A DNA stretch of 64,000 nucleotides, taken from the NCBI GenBank assembly GCA_002633005.1, contig NMRA01000119.1, positions 564,578 through 628,577 on the forward strand, read 5' to 3'. The notes under the pieces are model-generated. The model was not told the origin of the DNA and ran no database searches. It saw nothing but the letters and a program-made list of their open reading frames with translations. The first letter of the stretch is position 1. The number at the start of each line of letters is the position of its first letter. The stretch comes from Phoronis australis (lineage: Eukaryota > Animalia > Phoronida). Both the position numbers and the translations under genes were made by a program. Below are positions 14,529 through 26,342 of this stretch, one piece after another.

Positions 14529-17500
14529 AAATCTATATACTTTGTGTACTATACAGTATTTTAAATGCATTCTTAGTTTTCACTTTAAACTGAAGAATGT
14601 CTTATTACCGTACTTTGTGTTACGGCAGGGTCAAATGTTCTGGAAAGAAATTTGTAATGCCTAGAGGAAGAATCCCACAGCCGCACACCTTAATTGCCTA
14701 CTAAAATCTGACAGGTGATAGAAATTCTGCTTGAAGCTTTGAACACGGTCTCTTCAAGAAGTTTTCCTGTCTCTTGCGATGAACACTCGATCGGGTCACT
14801 CTTAGGTGTAGCTCAGAAATGGTATTTCCTCTCGGCGTTTCCCACTAGGCTGCTACCCGTGCGAACGGCTAGTATATAGTTTTGTTCCGAAAGTACGAAC
14901 GTAACGGAATATAGACTGTGAACAATGAAAAGTGTCGTGCATTTAACAAATTCTGTATAACCGAAAACTTGCTCCCGAAGTACAGTCATATATATGATTA
15001 TACATGCTCTGATGTTTTTCGATAACTACGTTCTAAAACTTGTTTTTAAGTATACGTGATTCATTTCCCCCCCGAACACGCCCCCCACACGCCATTCCAA
15101 TTCCCTCCGTATCATCCCCGTCTGCTTCATGGGGAATACATGAGTATTTTTCACGGAAGCGAGTACATCTGTTACCTTTTGGACAATGGACTAAAAATAA
15201 CACATTTGTGAGAAGTCAACATGAAAAATCTCTCTTTCGTAAAGTTTTGTTTCATAAACGTCACCCTTTTATTTCTAGAACTTCCAAAGTCAACCCTGTT
15301 GCAGTGAATTAAAAGCTCCCTTTCGTTCTCAATTCAATCGGAAGGGGCGCCCTTTCACAGAAGGTCACGTCTGGCTTCGAAAGAACATCTTTCTGAGCGG
15401 CTCATTCCATATCGACCGATTTATTTCGAATTTCTCTCCCACACTCCCCCGATTCCATCGCTACAAGTATTGAACAATTCTTTTGACGTCATGCAACAAC
15501 GTTATATATTCATTAGATATCCGAGATTTTACCCCGATGACGTGAGCTCTAGGCCTACGTCGTTGCTTTCAATCACGCGTCATTAAAAAAGAAATTATTT
15601 AATTGATAAGATAGGTCATTAGAGATTTACTAACGACCGCAACACATGAAAATGTATGTGGTAAGCGAACGCTGAAAAATAAATGCTGTAAGACCTTTGA
15701 TTCATCACGTGCTTCTGTAGGGGTATTTTTAATTTACGGATTAACAGCTTTCACCATCATCATCGTAGCCGACTCGGGCATGGCAGTCGCTTTCCCGTTA
15801 ATCGGGCTTAATATAGAAATGTAAACTTGAATAACGGACATGGGACGGGATTGACGTGACAAACCAACAGAGTGCGCAAAGGCGGACACTACAAAAACAC
15901 ATTCACACACACCGTCAGCTTGTCGTTTTCAGGAGCTACTCCCCCCCCCCCCTCCCCTTCATCCCGCCTTGCGACATTCTAGTACCATTGGTGGGAAACG
16001 CCACAGATGTCGTCAGCTCCGGGCACAATTCAGAGATCAATTTATAAAAATCACACTGTGGTCCGCGGAGAAATCCTATGTTGTCTTAATTACGAATTCT
16101 TGTCTCATTACGGTGAAAATAAACCAACACAAGACGACCTGACTCTCGCTGCACAGTTGAACACCCATGCACTGCCAAAAATTCAGTTGGTAATTAAAAG
16201 GAGAGGTAGCGTCAGATGCCTTTGCGGTGCACCAGACGTGCGCAGGCCAAATGAGCTCAACTCATGACAGACCTGTTATCCATCGACAGGTTCTTTATGA
16301 AAGAAGTCTTTTCAAGTCTGTCTGTATCTTAAGAATATGGGTATAGTTTTCCATTTGTTGCCATGCGCACTATATGTTGTAGGCATGCAATGGTGCCACC
16401 CCGGAAATCCCCCTTAGACTATGGAAAGCTGGACCAGATTATATACCCTGTAGGCCTACCACATATTTAGGAGCTTCAACGTCAGTACGGCCACCGACTC
16501 CAGGCACGGTGGGCTACACATATACCACGTGAGGTGCCTGTGTCGGACAAGGCTACATCGACCTGTTATGACATACCCACTCTGAAGGCACCGTAGAGAA
16601 GAAGGCAAATCTCCTAGCAAAATCCCATTGGACGGCCACTGGCGGCCATTGTTGTTTCGTTGGTCATAGAGACGTCTAGCGGGCGTGTGTGCAATAAACA
16701 AATATATTATACTTGTGTGATTATAATTTGGACACTCAGCTGCAGCGTTTTTCTGCATTCGCAATATTCTCCTTGTCTGACAATTGTTTTTCAAAGCGAC
16801 TTGACAGATTCTGGTGAAACTTCACAGTATTTAAATGGCCGGGATACGCCAGCACCACTTCATTTTCGTACTAATTTAAGAGCTGTACTATCCCGTGTTA
16901 AACAAAATAGTGCTTTCCAAAATTATTATTAAAATGGCTTAACAGCGTTTAACGAAATATGACAGAGGAATATGGTGGAGATGCTTCGCTGTTTTGTGCA
17001 ATTTTGACAGCAGTTCGAGTTGCATATTTAAATTCCAATATGATATTGACATCAGTGCGTAATACGTATTAATTGCATGGTTTGATAACCTGCTTAATAA
17101 TTTGCCATGGGAAGTGTTGTAGGAAGTGTTCTTTAAAAGGCATATTGAGCCCTACATCTGTGGGTACTTTGGTAGTATTTATTATCTTGGAAACCCCGTT
17201 GCACTCAGTCACTATGTCGTTTGTTTAGAATTTTGTCTTGACACGGATCTTAAAACATCAAGTCAAGAAATAACGCTTCTCTATGTTATTTATTTTGAAG
17301 TTGGCCATTTTTACCTGCTGATGTATGTTGAAAACGCCTTTAACTTACTGCCGATAAATGATTTATTAAATTTAATAAAATGTGAATGGCTTACGAGAGC
17401 TGGAAAACATCGTAAAAACTATGAATTGTGTATTCAATAGCCATCTTGGCTGTTTTATGGGGGCATACAAGGCAGGTTTACTGGACTGCAAGCAGGAATT

Positions 17501-17626
17501 CCATTTTCCATTTTTATTGCTGTTGTTCAGCCCCCTACCCCTGTTTCCTCCAGTATCATTCACCACAACCCATCCCAATTCGCTGCCCATTTCATATCCT
17601 ATCAGGCAAGGATGCTGGGGGTCCAG

Positions 17627-18117
17627 TGTCCGGTTACATGAAACAATCCCAAATAGCAACTCCATTATGTTCTCTAAATCCACTGGGTATTTGTTAGTTT
17701 TCTACGTTGAATTCCCAATATTACTGAAAATAAGTAGGGATCTTTTCATGCAACGCCCTAATTTAAAGACAAAATCCCTAAATATTTTGACTGTCGGATT
17801 TAAGGGCTCAGCTTTTAGTTTTATTATTAGAAAACATCACATGTCAAAAGAGGAGCTCGTAATAAAGATAGAAAAATATAACAAGTGTGTGTACAGAACG
17901 AAACAAATACGCAAAACATTTAGATAACTCAATTGAGCACACAGGCGTATCCAGGGGGGTCAAAGGGCTTTTTCCTTGATATCAAAACTAGAATTTTCAA
18001 ATTGTTGTCATGGACCTCTCTTCTTAAAAAAAATTATCCCACCCCTCCCCCCTTTTAAAAAATCCTTGATCTGCCCCTGTTGAGTCGCTATTTGGGACTG
18101 TTTCATGTAACTGGGCA
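17627..18117. mobile_element. PIF/Harbinger-type MITE with a nested GGCGGATCC-type MITE (~17940-18079)
   Basis: ~36-bp TIRs (tgtccggttacatgaaacaatcccaaatagcaactc / gagtcgctatttgggactgtttcatgtaactgggca), 3-bp TSD CAG (CWG); the same TIR recurs at ~50028-50065. Confidence 0.75.
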
Positions 18118-18565
18118 CAGACCCTCCTTTTTGAATGTAGATTGTCGTAAGGTGTGAATTTTCGTAATAAAGACCTGGACCCGTGTTTGGATGGCGCAAA
18201 AGTCCAGTTTTCATTGACGACTGTCGTGAAATAATCGAAGCTCAGTGTCTGCACCTTGCAGGTACTGCGTGGTTGATTAGAAAAAAAAATCATGCCTTGT
18301 CTGCATTACGCCGAATTCTTGCGGTGGAAATCAAACCCTGCAAGACGACCAGCTGACGGTACCCTATGACACAACGCCACCTACGTGTGTGGGCTGCAAT
18401 GCGCATGACTTCGCCACCACTAGCACACGCCTTCATGTTATGTACCTGTTTGGGCTTAAGCCACTGGATCGGTGTTTCCTTAATATTGTTTACCTCGATC
18501 ACTGCCCGTTTTAATAAATTACAACTATTCAAGTCAAAGGTGGTCGCCGTACTTGGAAACAGTAA

Positions 18566-18791
18566 ACTGAAAGGGGTTTTCAGATTTCAACCAATGGAAT
18601 GAGTGAATGTTATGACGTCGGTTTCACTACTTTAACCAATGCGAAGCCATGTTAAACAGCATTCGACAGTGCTACCTTTCGTAGCACTCTGAAAGAGTTT
18701 AAAGTTGGTGGATCATGGTCTCTCGAATTCGGCTTTATCATAATATTTGGTTATTTCTATTGGCTGAAAACTGAGAAATCCCTTTTCAGTA
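18566..18791. mobile_element. Old MITE / fold-back with ~50-bp imperfect TIRs
   Basis: actgaaaggggttttcagatttcaaccaatggaa vs ttctattggctgaaaactgagaaatcccttttcagt. Confidence 0.6.
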
Positions 18792-21180
18792 CTTTTGAAT
18801 GACCATCGTTATCTCACAACTCATACGAATAGGATTTGACCGTTTAATCACTGTTACAGTCACTGTTTAAACCACTAATCTTGAACATTTACTCGCAGAA
18901 CATTACGCCCTATATTTAGTTACTTGTGAATCACGGAATCGTCTGTCTCGGCTTATGCATCAGCAGAAAAAAAATATTTTGCTTGCTTGCCTGTTAATAA
19001 TAACCACTATTTAAGCAGGTAACGAAGTCACGGTTAGGTTTGCATTTTAATTGGTATTTTAATGACGATTGAAATGGCAATTAATGTCCCCATGCACACC
19101 TTAGCTGATGATGGGGAGCGGCAGCAGAGCCGGGCAACCAGGGTTCCGTGACCCGACCCACTGGACAAAACCTGGCATTCGTTTACAGCCCTAATGGTAC
19201 GCGAACGCGCTCTGATTTTCTTGAGAAATGGAAATCATTGTCACTCATATCTTCTGAACTTTATAGGCGCTGGTCCAGGGGCATTCCTTGCGGACCGGAT
19301 TCCCTGCTCGGCCACTTCTTTGTATAAAATACCTGAAAAGTAAGTCAGTTTACTACATTCACCCCCGAGTTATGTGCCACCTTTTGGCCAAATTGTGTTT
19401 CGATTAATTAATTGCTGGCTTCTATTCTTTTAAAACGGTAATAATAAACTTGTTCACCTTAACATGTTCCGTCTAGTAGTCGAAATTTGAAATCAGTTCA
19501 GCAAAGGATATTTAATTTGTGGCGGTGGCAACTCTGGGACTCCTTCGATGTTGTGTCAGTGCAGTAAGAATCAATCACTGGTGCAAGTTATTGCATTTCA
19601 GGTGAACCGCTCACTTTTTTGATTTCTTAAGCTTTGTTTGCCTGCTGAAAAATTATTTTAGTGAATGCTTTTCATCTCCTTACATTTTTATCAACCACAT
19701 GAAGCCCTGTGTCGGTATGTTGTCGCGCCAAGTTATGAAGGGCTGCTATCTCTATAGTCCAGGCAATATCCAGCCGAGACAGCTACCTCTGTGTTTTGAT
19801 CTGAACGAAGAAGGTACAATTACAGATACAGGAATATTTTTTCGTCTAATTTATGACCAGAGTGGGTCCTTTAGTGGGTCCTTGCAGAACATTCGTGCTG
19901 AACGAGTCAGGACACTTTGTGTTGGCTGGGGGACGTACAAAATTCACGATTTCAGCTTACAATTATATTAATTACTAATTTTTAATTGCAAACAAATGGC
20001 TGAACATATCGAGAATATAAAATCAAATTTGTATTACACGAAAAACCAAACAAATTGATGACGGTTTTACGCTCAGGCGTTATCAATACGTTTTGAAGGA
20101 TAATATGGCCGTCTTTCAGAAATCGTTGTACAGGGAACTTGGGTCACGGATTAGACGAGAGTAGTCAACGCTTTTCTTATTTCGGGCGATGTACAAAATT
20201 GCGTTCAAAAAGCTTATAGTTTGATAACAGGAAAGCATAAAGCAATACTCCATGTTATAAATTATTAAATGGTATATATTTACAACTTAGTGTTTGAACT
20301 AGTAGAACCCATTGAGATAAGGCCTTTAAGAACTCGGGCCCTAATGCTTTTGCGTGAAATCGACCGTTTTCCAAAATTTCGCTTAGCTCCGCTGGCCTTT
20401 ATAGGTTTCATATGGAATTTGACTAGCAGGTGGATCTCATCAAGGACTACGTGAATTGTGACATCCGTTTTCGCTTCAACCTACCGTTTTGTGTTATTCA
20501 AGTCGAGATTATCCGAATGACGGCCGTTCGTTTATTGATGATTTTTGTTGCCCAACTCCGGCGTCCTTTGACTAATCTGTCTAAAATTTGGTATGTGAAT
20601 ACATCTTGTAAAGTGCTGCAAAAATTTCTCAGTAGGTCTTTGGCTGCGACTTTCCTTACTTGAGGTATTCGTGATTAGCTGATGCCTAAGGGCCAACACT
20701 AGTATGTTTCTTCATAGAGTTCTACGGTTTCTTGGGCTTCAGTGTCGTCGTGCGTCTCAGAGTTCACATGGGTTCTATACTCTTGCCGTTATACGCACGG
20801 CCGATCGACATGAACTTTGCAGCCGCAACTGCATCTGTGTCATTGAGTTGATGATGGCATCGTCGCTGTTGTTGACAATGGCAGCGTCATCGGAGATGTC
20901 TTGGTTGCCGTTGGTATCATGGGTGTCGTCTTCATATCCGTTGGTGAATTCTAAGTTCTTCATTCAATTTTGCCAAGTGTCGCTCCTCAGAGCGCTTTTA
21001 TTTGTAAAATTTTGTAGTCTACTGTCCTCAAACATAGTGTCAAACGAGGATCGTCTACCTTCTATTCTGGCAGCCGCCGGATTGGCACTACCGCTGCGTC
21101 TTTTAAAGGCGTAACGTAGAGCCATTTCGACGTGTTACAATAATTTTTAAAGTTTATATAGTTCCTTAAAACATGAAAGA

Positions 21181-21425
21181 GATGTCAGTAAGGGCTAGCG
21201 GGTTGGGTGTTCACCTGCTGTTCTCAAGGTTGTGGGTTCAAATCCCACTGGAACCCACTGCTAGACCCGAGAATAAGGTTTCTAGATCCTAAGCTTGGTC
21301 TTAATTTATGTATATCTGTTTCTGTATAAGTTAAATAAACCCAATGGTTTCAGGTGTTTCGTGCCCTCTGAAACCGGCGGAACGGCCTGCCCACGTCTGT
21401 GCAACGTGTATCAGGCCACCTGCAC
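21181..21425 (+). mobile_element. tRNA-derived SINE-like element
   Basis: Pol III B box GGTTCAAATCC at 21235-21245 with a degenerate A box ~21191-21202. No complete cloverleaf; non-tRNA body follows. Confidence 0.55.
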
Positions 21426-21690
21426 TATTTTAAATATATCCACATTATCAATCTCAACGTTAACACGATAGCAAAATCATGAACTTAGAATCAACAATAA
21501 CTGTATTAAATCTTGAGCACTTGGCCAACGGATAAAGTATCGCCCTCTTTGGCCTCTTGCACTAATTAATATCGCCAAAACTTTTAGTAACACTGTCATT
21601 TTTCAACTAAACTAAGTCATATTATTTGAAAGACCTTGACAAGCGATTGGTATAGTATGATTACTCAACCAGAAAAAAATGTTTAATTCA

Positions 21691-22595
21691 TAAATATAGA
21701 TTATTACATGGCGAAGTCGTTATCCCCCGTTATCTAGAGCCCGAGTGGATTTTGGAGAATTATCGCCCGGGGGCTCTAGATAAGGGGGATAACGACTGAG
21801 AACATGTAATAATCTATTTATACCGCATACTGAACGAGAAACATTGCAATGAATCGATCTACCTTTCTCGACTCGCCTCGGCTTTGTAACTACTTTCTAT
21901 GTCAGAGGCCCGGGGTCGGAGGTCGTGACCTTTTAAGAAAAGCCGAGATATTTTTGTAAAATAATGCTTTTACTCAAAACCAATTGAAAANNNNNNNNNN
22001 NNNNNNNNNNNNNNNNNNNNNNNNNNNNNNNNNNNNNNNNNNNNNNNNNNNNNNNNNNNNNNNNNNNNNNNNNNNNNNNNNNNNNNNNNNNNNNNNNNNN
22101 NNNNNNNNNNNNNNNNNNNNNNNNNNNNNNNNNNNNNNNNNNNNNNNNNNNNNNNNNNNNNNNNNNNNNNNNNNNNNNNNNNNNNNNNNNNNNNNNNNNN
22201 NNNNNNNNNNNNNNNNNNNNNNNNNNNNNNNNNNNNNNNNNNNNNNNNNNNNNNNNNNNNNNNNNNNNNNNNNNNNNNNNNNNNNNNNNNNNNNNNNCCG
22301 GCTTTTCTTAAAAGGTCACGACCTCCGACCCCGGGCCTCTGACATAGAAAGTAGTTACAAAGCCGTGGAGAGTCAGAAAAGGTAAATCGATTCATTGCAA
22401 TGTTTCTCCTTTAGTATGTGGTATAAATAGATTATTACATGTTCTCAGCCGTTATCCCCCTTATCTAGAGCCCGAGTGGATTTTGGAGAATTATCGCCTG
22501 AGGGGCTTTAGCCCCGAGGGCGATAATTCTCCAAAATCCACTCGGGCTCCAGATAACGGGGGATAACGACTTCGCCATGTAATAATCTATATTTA
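21691..22595. mobile_element. Large fold-back element spanning the N-gap; each arm is itself palindromic
   Basis: 21691-21945 is the reverse complement of 22298-22595; a third, partial copy starts at ~47185. Confidence 0.8.
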
Positions 22596-22859
22596 TTTTG
22601 TATATCTGACATGTAAAAATTCTTAGAATCAACAGTGTTAACCTGCAAAAAAGAGTGTACCAATGAAACCTTTCGTGTGCTAACTGGCTGAATAAGTAAC
22701 TAATTATAGTATTGATTAACATATAACGCATATTAATTTAGGGTAAAGAGTAACATAAAAAGAAAATGAACCAGGATGTCCTGGATTTTTTTGATTATTT
22801 ATCCCTTGAGGGTTCAAGTTCATATGTTGATGGCACAGGTTCACCAGAGAACAGCGGCA

Positions 22860-25612
22860 TATTAATGTTGCATAGAGAGATTACAAACTGATCATTTCAG
22901 TGATTGTTCATTGGCTATTGTGGGCGATGCCAGAACAGGGAATGTGGTAGACATCATTTTAGATGATAGCCCAAAATATTTGCCATCCCAGAACTGGTAT
23001 GAAGCGGATACATTTAGTTTGCTTAGGAATTCTAAGGACGAAGCTGTAAACAATTTCGGTAAAACTCTCATTGAGTTATGTCTCGAACTTTGTAATCAAC
23101 GGTTGTTTCCCAGGTGATACTAGGGGTGAGTTTACCTGTCTGTCGGAAGGCGGACGTAGTCTTGTAGATTATCTACACAACTATTTGATTTAGTGGAGGA
23201 TTTTGTTGTGGATGAATGGGGTGAGTATGATCATGTACCAGTTATTTGTAAATTTAGGTGTCGTAGGTCAGAGATCAATCCTACTGTGGTTCCATTGTTA
23301 CACCCACGTAGCCGGATTCAGTGGGAGAGCTCCAGTGCGCAGGCATTCTCTCGCGTTTTTTCAACTAGTTCTGAGGCCGTGGATAGCTCGGTGGCTAGTG
23401 ACAATCTAGGTAATGCGTTCAGACCCATTACAGATTTGTTGAGTCAGTAAGCCGTATCAACCATGAAAACTCGTACATCTACTGATAGTCAAACTAATGT
23501 AAGTCGCAACTCGGCGACAAAGCAGCCACTCTGGTGGGTTGATGAATTGGCATCGGTCACACGAGCAAAAATATGGTTTTTAAAACTGTTTCTTAAAAAC
23601 CCTTATGTCTTTTACCTTAACGCGTATAAAGTAAAAAAGAAGGCTTTCCGTGATTCGTTTAAACAGAAAGAGAAATGAAGCCTGACTTATTGAAGCTATT
23701 AAACGTTCCAAAAATAACCCTAAGAAGTTCTGGCAAATAATTAAAACCAATATTCGGACATCCCATATGTCTTCTACAATTAGTCCGCAGAAATAGCACA
23801 ACTATTTCAAGGATTTATTGAACCAAAACTTTTCTATTGACGAGTCTTTGAGTGAATTTGCCACGCAGGATATGATTGATCATGACCGTTCCTGTAAGAA
23901 GTGTACTAACAATTACCCATTTCATCTCTGCAATACTGATTTTTTGCCTTCTGAAATATATGAGGCCATTAAACAATTGGCTAATGGCAAGGCTGGGGGT
24001 TATGATGGCGTGATTTTTGAAACGCTGAAGTGCACTGAGGTAACGATAGTGCCAGTTTTGCATAAGTTATTTAATGCAATTTTTGATTTTGGGTATTATC
24101 CTCAGACGTGTTGTGACGCAATGCTTACTCCAGTGCATAAAAAAGTAATATCAATGACGAAAATAACTATAGAGGTATTTCCCTGTTGTCTGCTTTGGGA
24201 ATACTTTTTACCAAACTTTTAAATAATCGTCTTTATTACTGGGCTGAAAATAATGATAAACTTTATGAATCTCAAGCTGGTTTCAGAAAGGGCTACTCTA
24301 AAGTTGACCACTTCAAGCTATCTGTCACAAGTATTTGAGGCGACAGGGTGGGAGATTTTACTGTGCCTTTGTAGATTTCTCGAAGGCTTTCGATAGAATC
24401 CCTCATAATTTGCTCTTCAATAGATTGAAAAACATTGAATGTGCGTGGTAAAATTTTCAACATAATCCGCCCTATGTACAGTAAATTGCGCACTTGTGTG
24501 AAAACTCAAGATGGTCTTACAGATTTCTTTGATTGTACTGTTGGCACTCGCCAGTGATGCATGACCAGCCCATTATTATCTGTGTTGTATCTAAATGAAT
24601 TTCTGGATCAACTGAGTGCTAGAAGTAATATTAATAGCGCATATCTCAGCGAACAAGTGCCATGAGTCAACTCCCTGCTGTACGCAGACGACATGGTGTT
24701 ATATTCCTCTACCGCCATCAACTTACAACGTACGCTAAATTGTTTGTCAGAATTTTGCGAATCATGGGGCATGTAAGTAAACTTGAAGAAAACTAATTGT
24801 TTTCAGAAATGGCGGTCTCCTTAGACGATATGAGAAATGGTTTTACAATGGAACATTGGTCGATGTGGTGTCTCATTACAAATACCTTGTACTACTTATT
24901 ACTCCAAAAGTTTCGTGGACCAAAGCCATTAAAGCCTGATCTAGTCAAGCAAATGAAGCTGCCTCTGCAATTTGTAAATTAAAGCGAAGATGTCGTGATC
25001 TACCCCCGTCAGTAGCCTTTCACCCGTTCGGTAAAATTGTTTACCCCTCTCTGTTACGGCGTTGTGATATGGGGCCTTAAGGAATAGGAACAATTGGAAA
25101 ATCTACGTAATCAAATTTTATAAACGCATTTTAGGAGTAGGCAGTTGTTGTTCAAACTCGGTCATTATGGGAGAATGTGGTCGATTCCCATTGTTCACTA
25201 AATATTTTGTATCCTGTATAATATACTGGTTCAAAATCCTGGAGATGTAATCGTGGGTAAAGGCTGCATATGATATGTTTTTTCATTCAGGCCTGATCGG
25301 AAGATCTTCTTATAATTGGGCAAGTTTTGTAAGGAAACTTCTGTCTGTGTATGGTTTTTCAGAATGTATGGATTAATCAGCAGAGTAGAGTTTTGTTCAG
25401 AAAGTATGAACGCAACGGAATAAAGACCGTGAACTATGAAAAGTGTCGTGCATTTAACAAATTCTGTATAACAGAAAAATTGCTCCCGAAGTACAGTCAC
25501 TATGTAAGGTATAAAACAATGGTTGTCTTGAGAATTATCTAGAAACAGTTAGTATCCCAAGTATCCCACGTGTTTTTATCCAGTCTCTGACTCGGTTGCG
25601 ATGTTCAAGTCA
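22860..25612 (+). mobile_element. Degenerate LINE ORF2 (APE endonuclease + RT), RTE-X-like, in many broken frames
   Basis: APE motifs IVGDARTG, NNFGKTLIELC, GEFTC..GRSLVDY, DHVPV. RT motifs IKQLANGKAGGYDG, NYRGISLL, AFVDFSKAFDRI, LLYADDMV, VFRNGG, YKYL, GECGRFP. Clade assignment is inference. Confidence 0.9.
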
Positions 25613-25767
25613 AACGACAGCGTGGTTAGATACTGACCCATACGCAGTCTGTATACTTTCATTCGACACAACAGCAAATTCATTTTGCAGAAGAACCTGT
25701 CTTTCCTCGATGTTTATTTGCCGAATTCCGGCTTGGTTTTACACCTCCGAAAGCGAAGTAACACCAG

Positions 25768-25876
25768 GATAGAGTTCAGTAACGCTTGGACTTCGCTAAA
25801 AAGCAAGATATTGTCATGTCCTTTGATTGAGAACGCGTGATTCTGGGTAGGTTCTAGCGTTTCTGAACTTTAGCCA
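25768..25876. repeat. Short MITE-like repeat, second copy ~42590-42726
   Basis: gagttcagtaacgct.gga.ttcgctaaaaagcaaga...gagaac.cgtgatt...tgaact.ta shared by both loci; the ends are inverted. Confidence 0.6.
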
Positions 25877-26088
25877 TTTGTGTGTCGTGCCTGACCGAAT
25901 TTTCCCATATATGGGACGTATTCAGTGCTAAGGGAGGAAACTCCAACAGCTTCATAATGGAAATCTGTAGGGAGTTGAAGCATTCCAAGGCTTTTCATTT
26001 CATGCAAAACTAATAATTAATACGTAAACAACATAAGTTAGAGGATTTTTTTAGAAATTTGCGCTAAATGATTCTGGTGCATCAATAT

Positions 26089-26342
26089 CATGTGCGCACC
26101 CAGATTTTAATATGGGCGGGGCTCGAATTTCTGACGAAGTGGACCTTTCCTGACAAAAAAGCGGGAGGACTAAAAAAACGGGGTACCACCTTCAGGACTG
26201 TAAAATGTGCGTCTGCTCCTTTTTAGTGGACTTTTGTCTCGGTTTCTCGGACTTTTTGTTTCTCTGAGGAGGGCCTTTTTGTCCACTTCTCCAAATAGGG
26301 GGCTTGTTCGAGCCCCCGAACCTCCCCCCGAGTGCGCGCATG
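26089..26342 (-). mobile_element. MITE family A, copy 3
   Basis: Reverse-complement copy; perfect 5-bp TSD AATAT. Confidence 0.85.

Noticed and set aside
16450-16655. Possible HDV-like ribozyme (acc-tcacgt-ggt) on the minus strand
   Set aside because: L3 is one nt short and I could not build P1, P2 or P1.1.
17382-17927. Longest plus-strand ORF (181 aa)
   Set aside because: Runs through a Harbinger-type MITE; no recognisable domain, and overlapping ORFs in other frames point to chance.
19246-19339. Candidate exon (minus-strand acceptor phase-compatible with B4GALT exon 5; also plus-strand ag...gtaagt)
   Set aside because: No GT7 or other homology in any frame, and the real terminal exon is at 29589-29739; splice-like words alone are insufficient.
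21181-21255. Functional tRNA gene
   Set aside because: Only the B box/T-arm is good; there is no full cloverleaf, so it was called a SINE head.
21970-22395. 133/141-aa ORFs spanning poly-X
   Set aside because: Artefacts of the N-gap.
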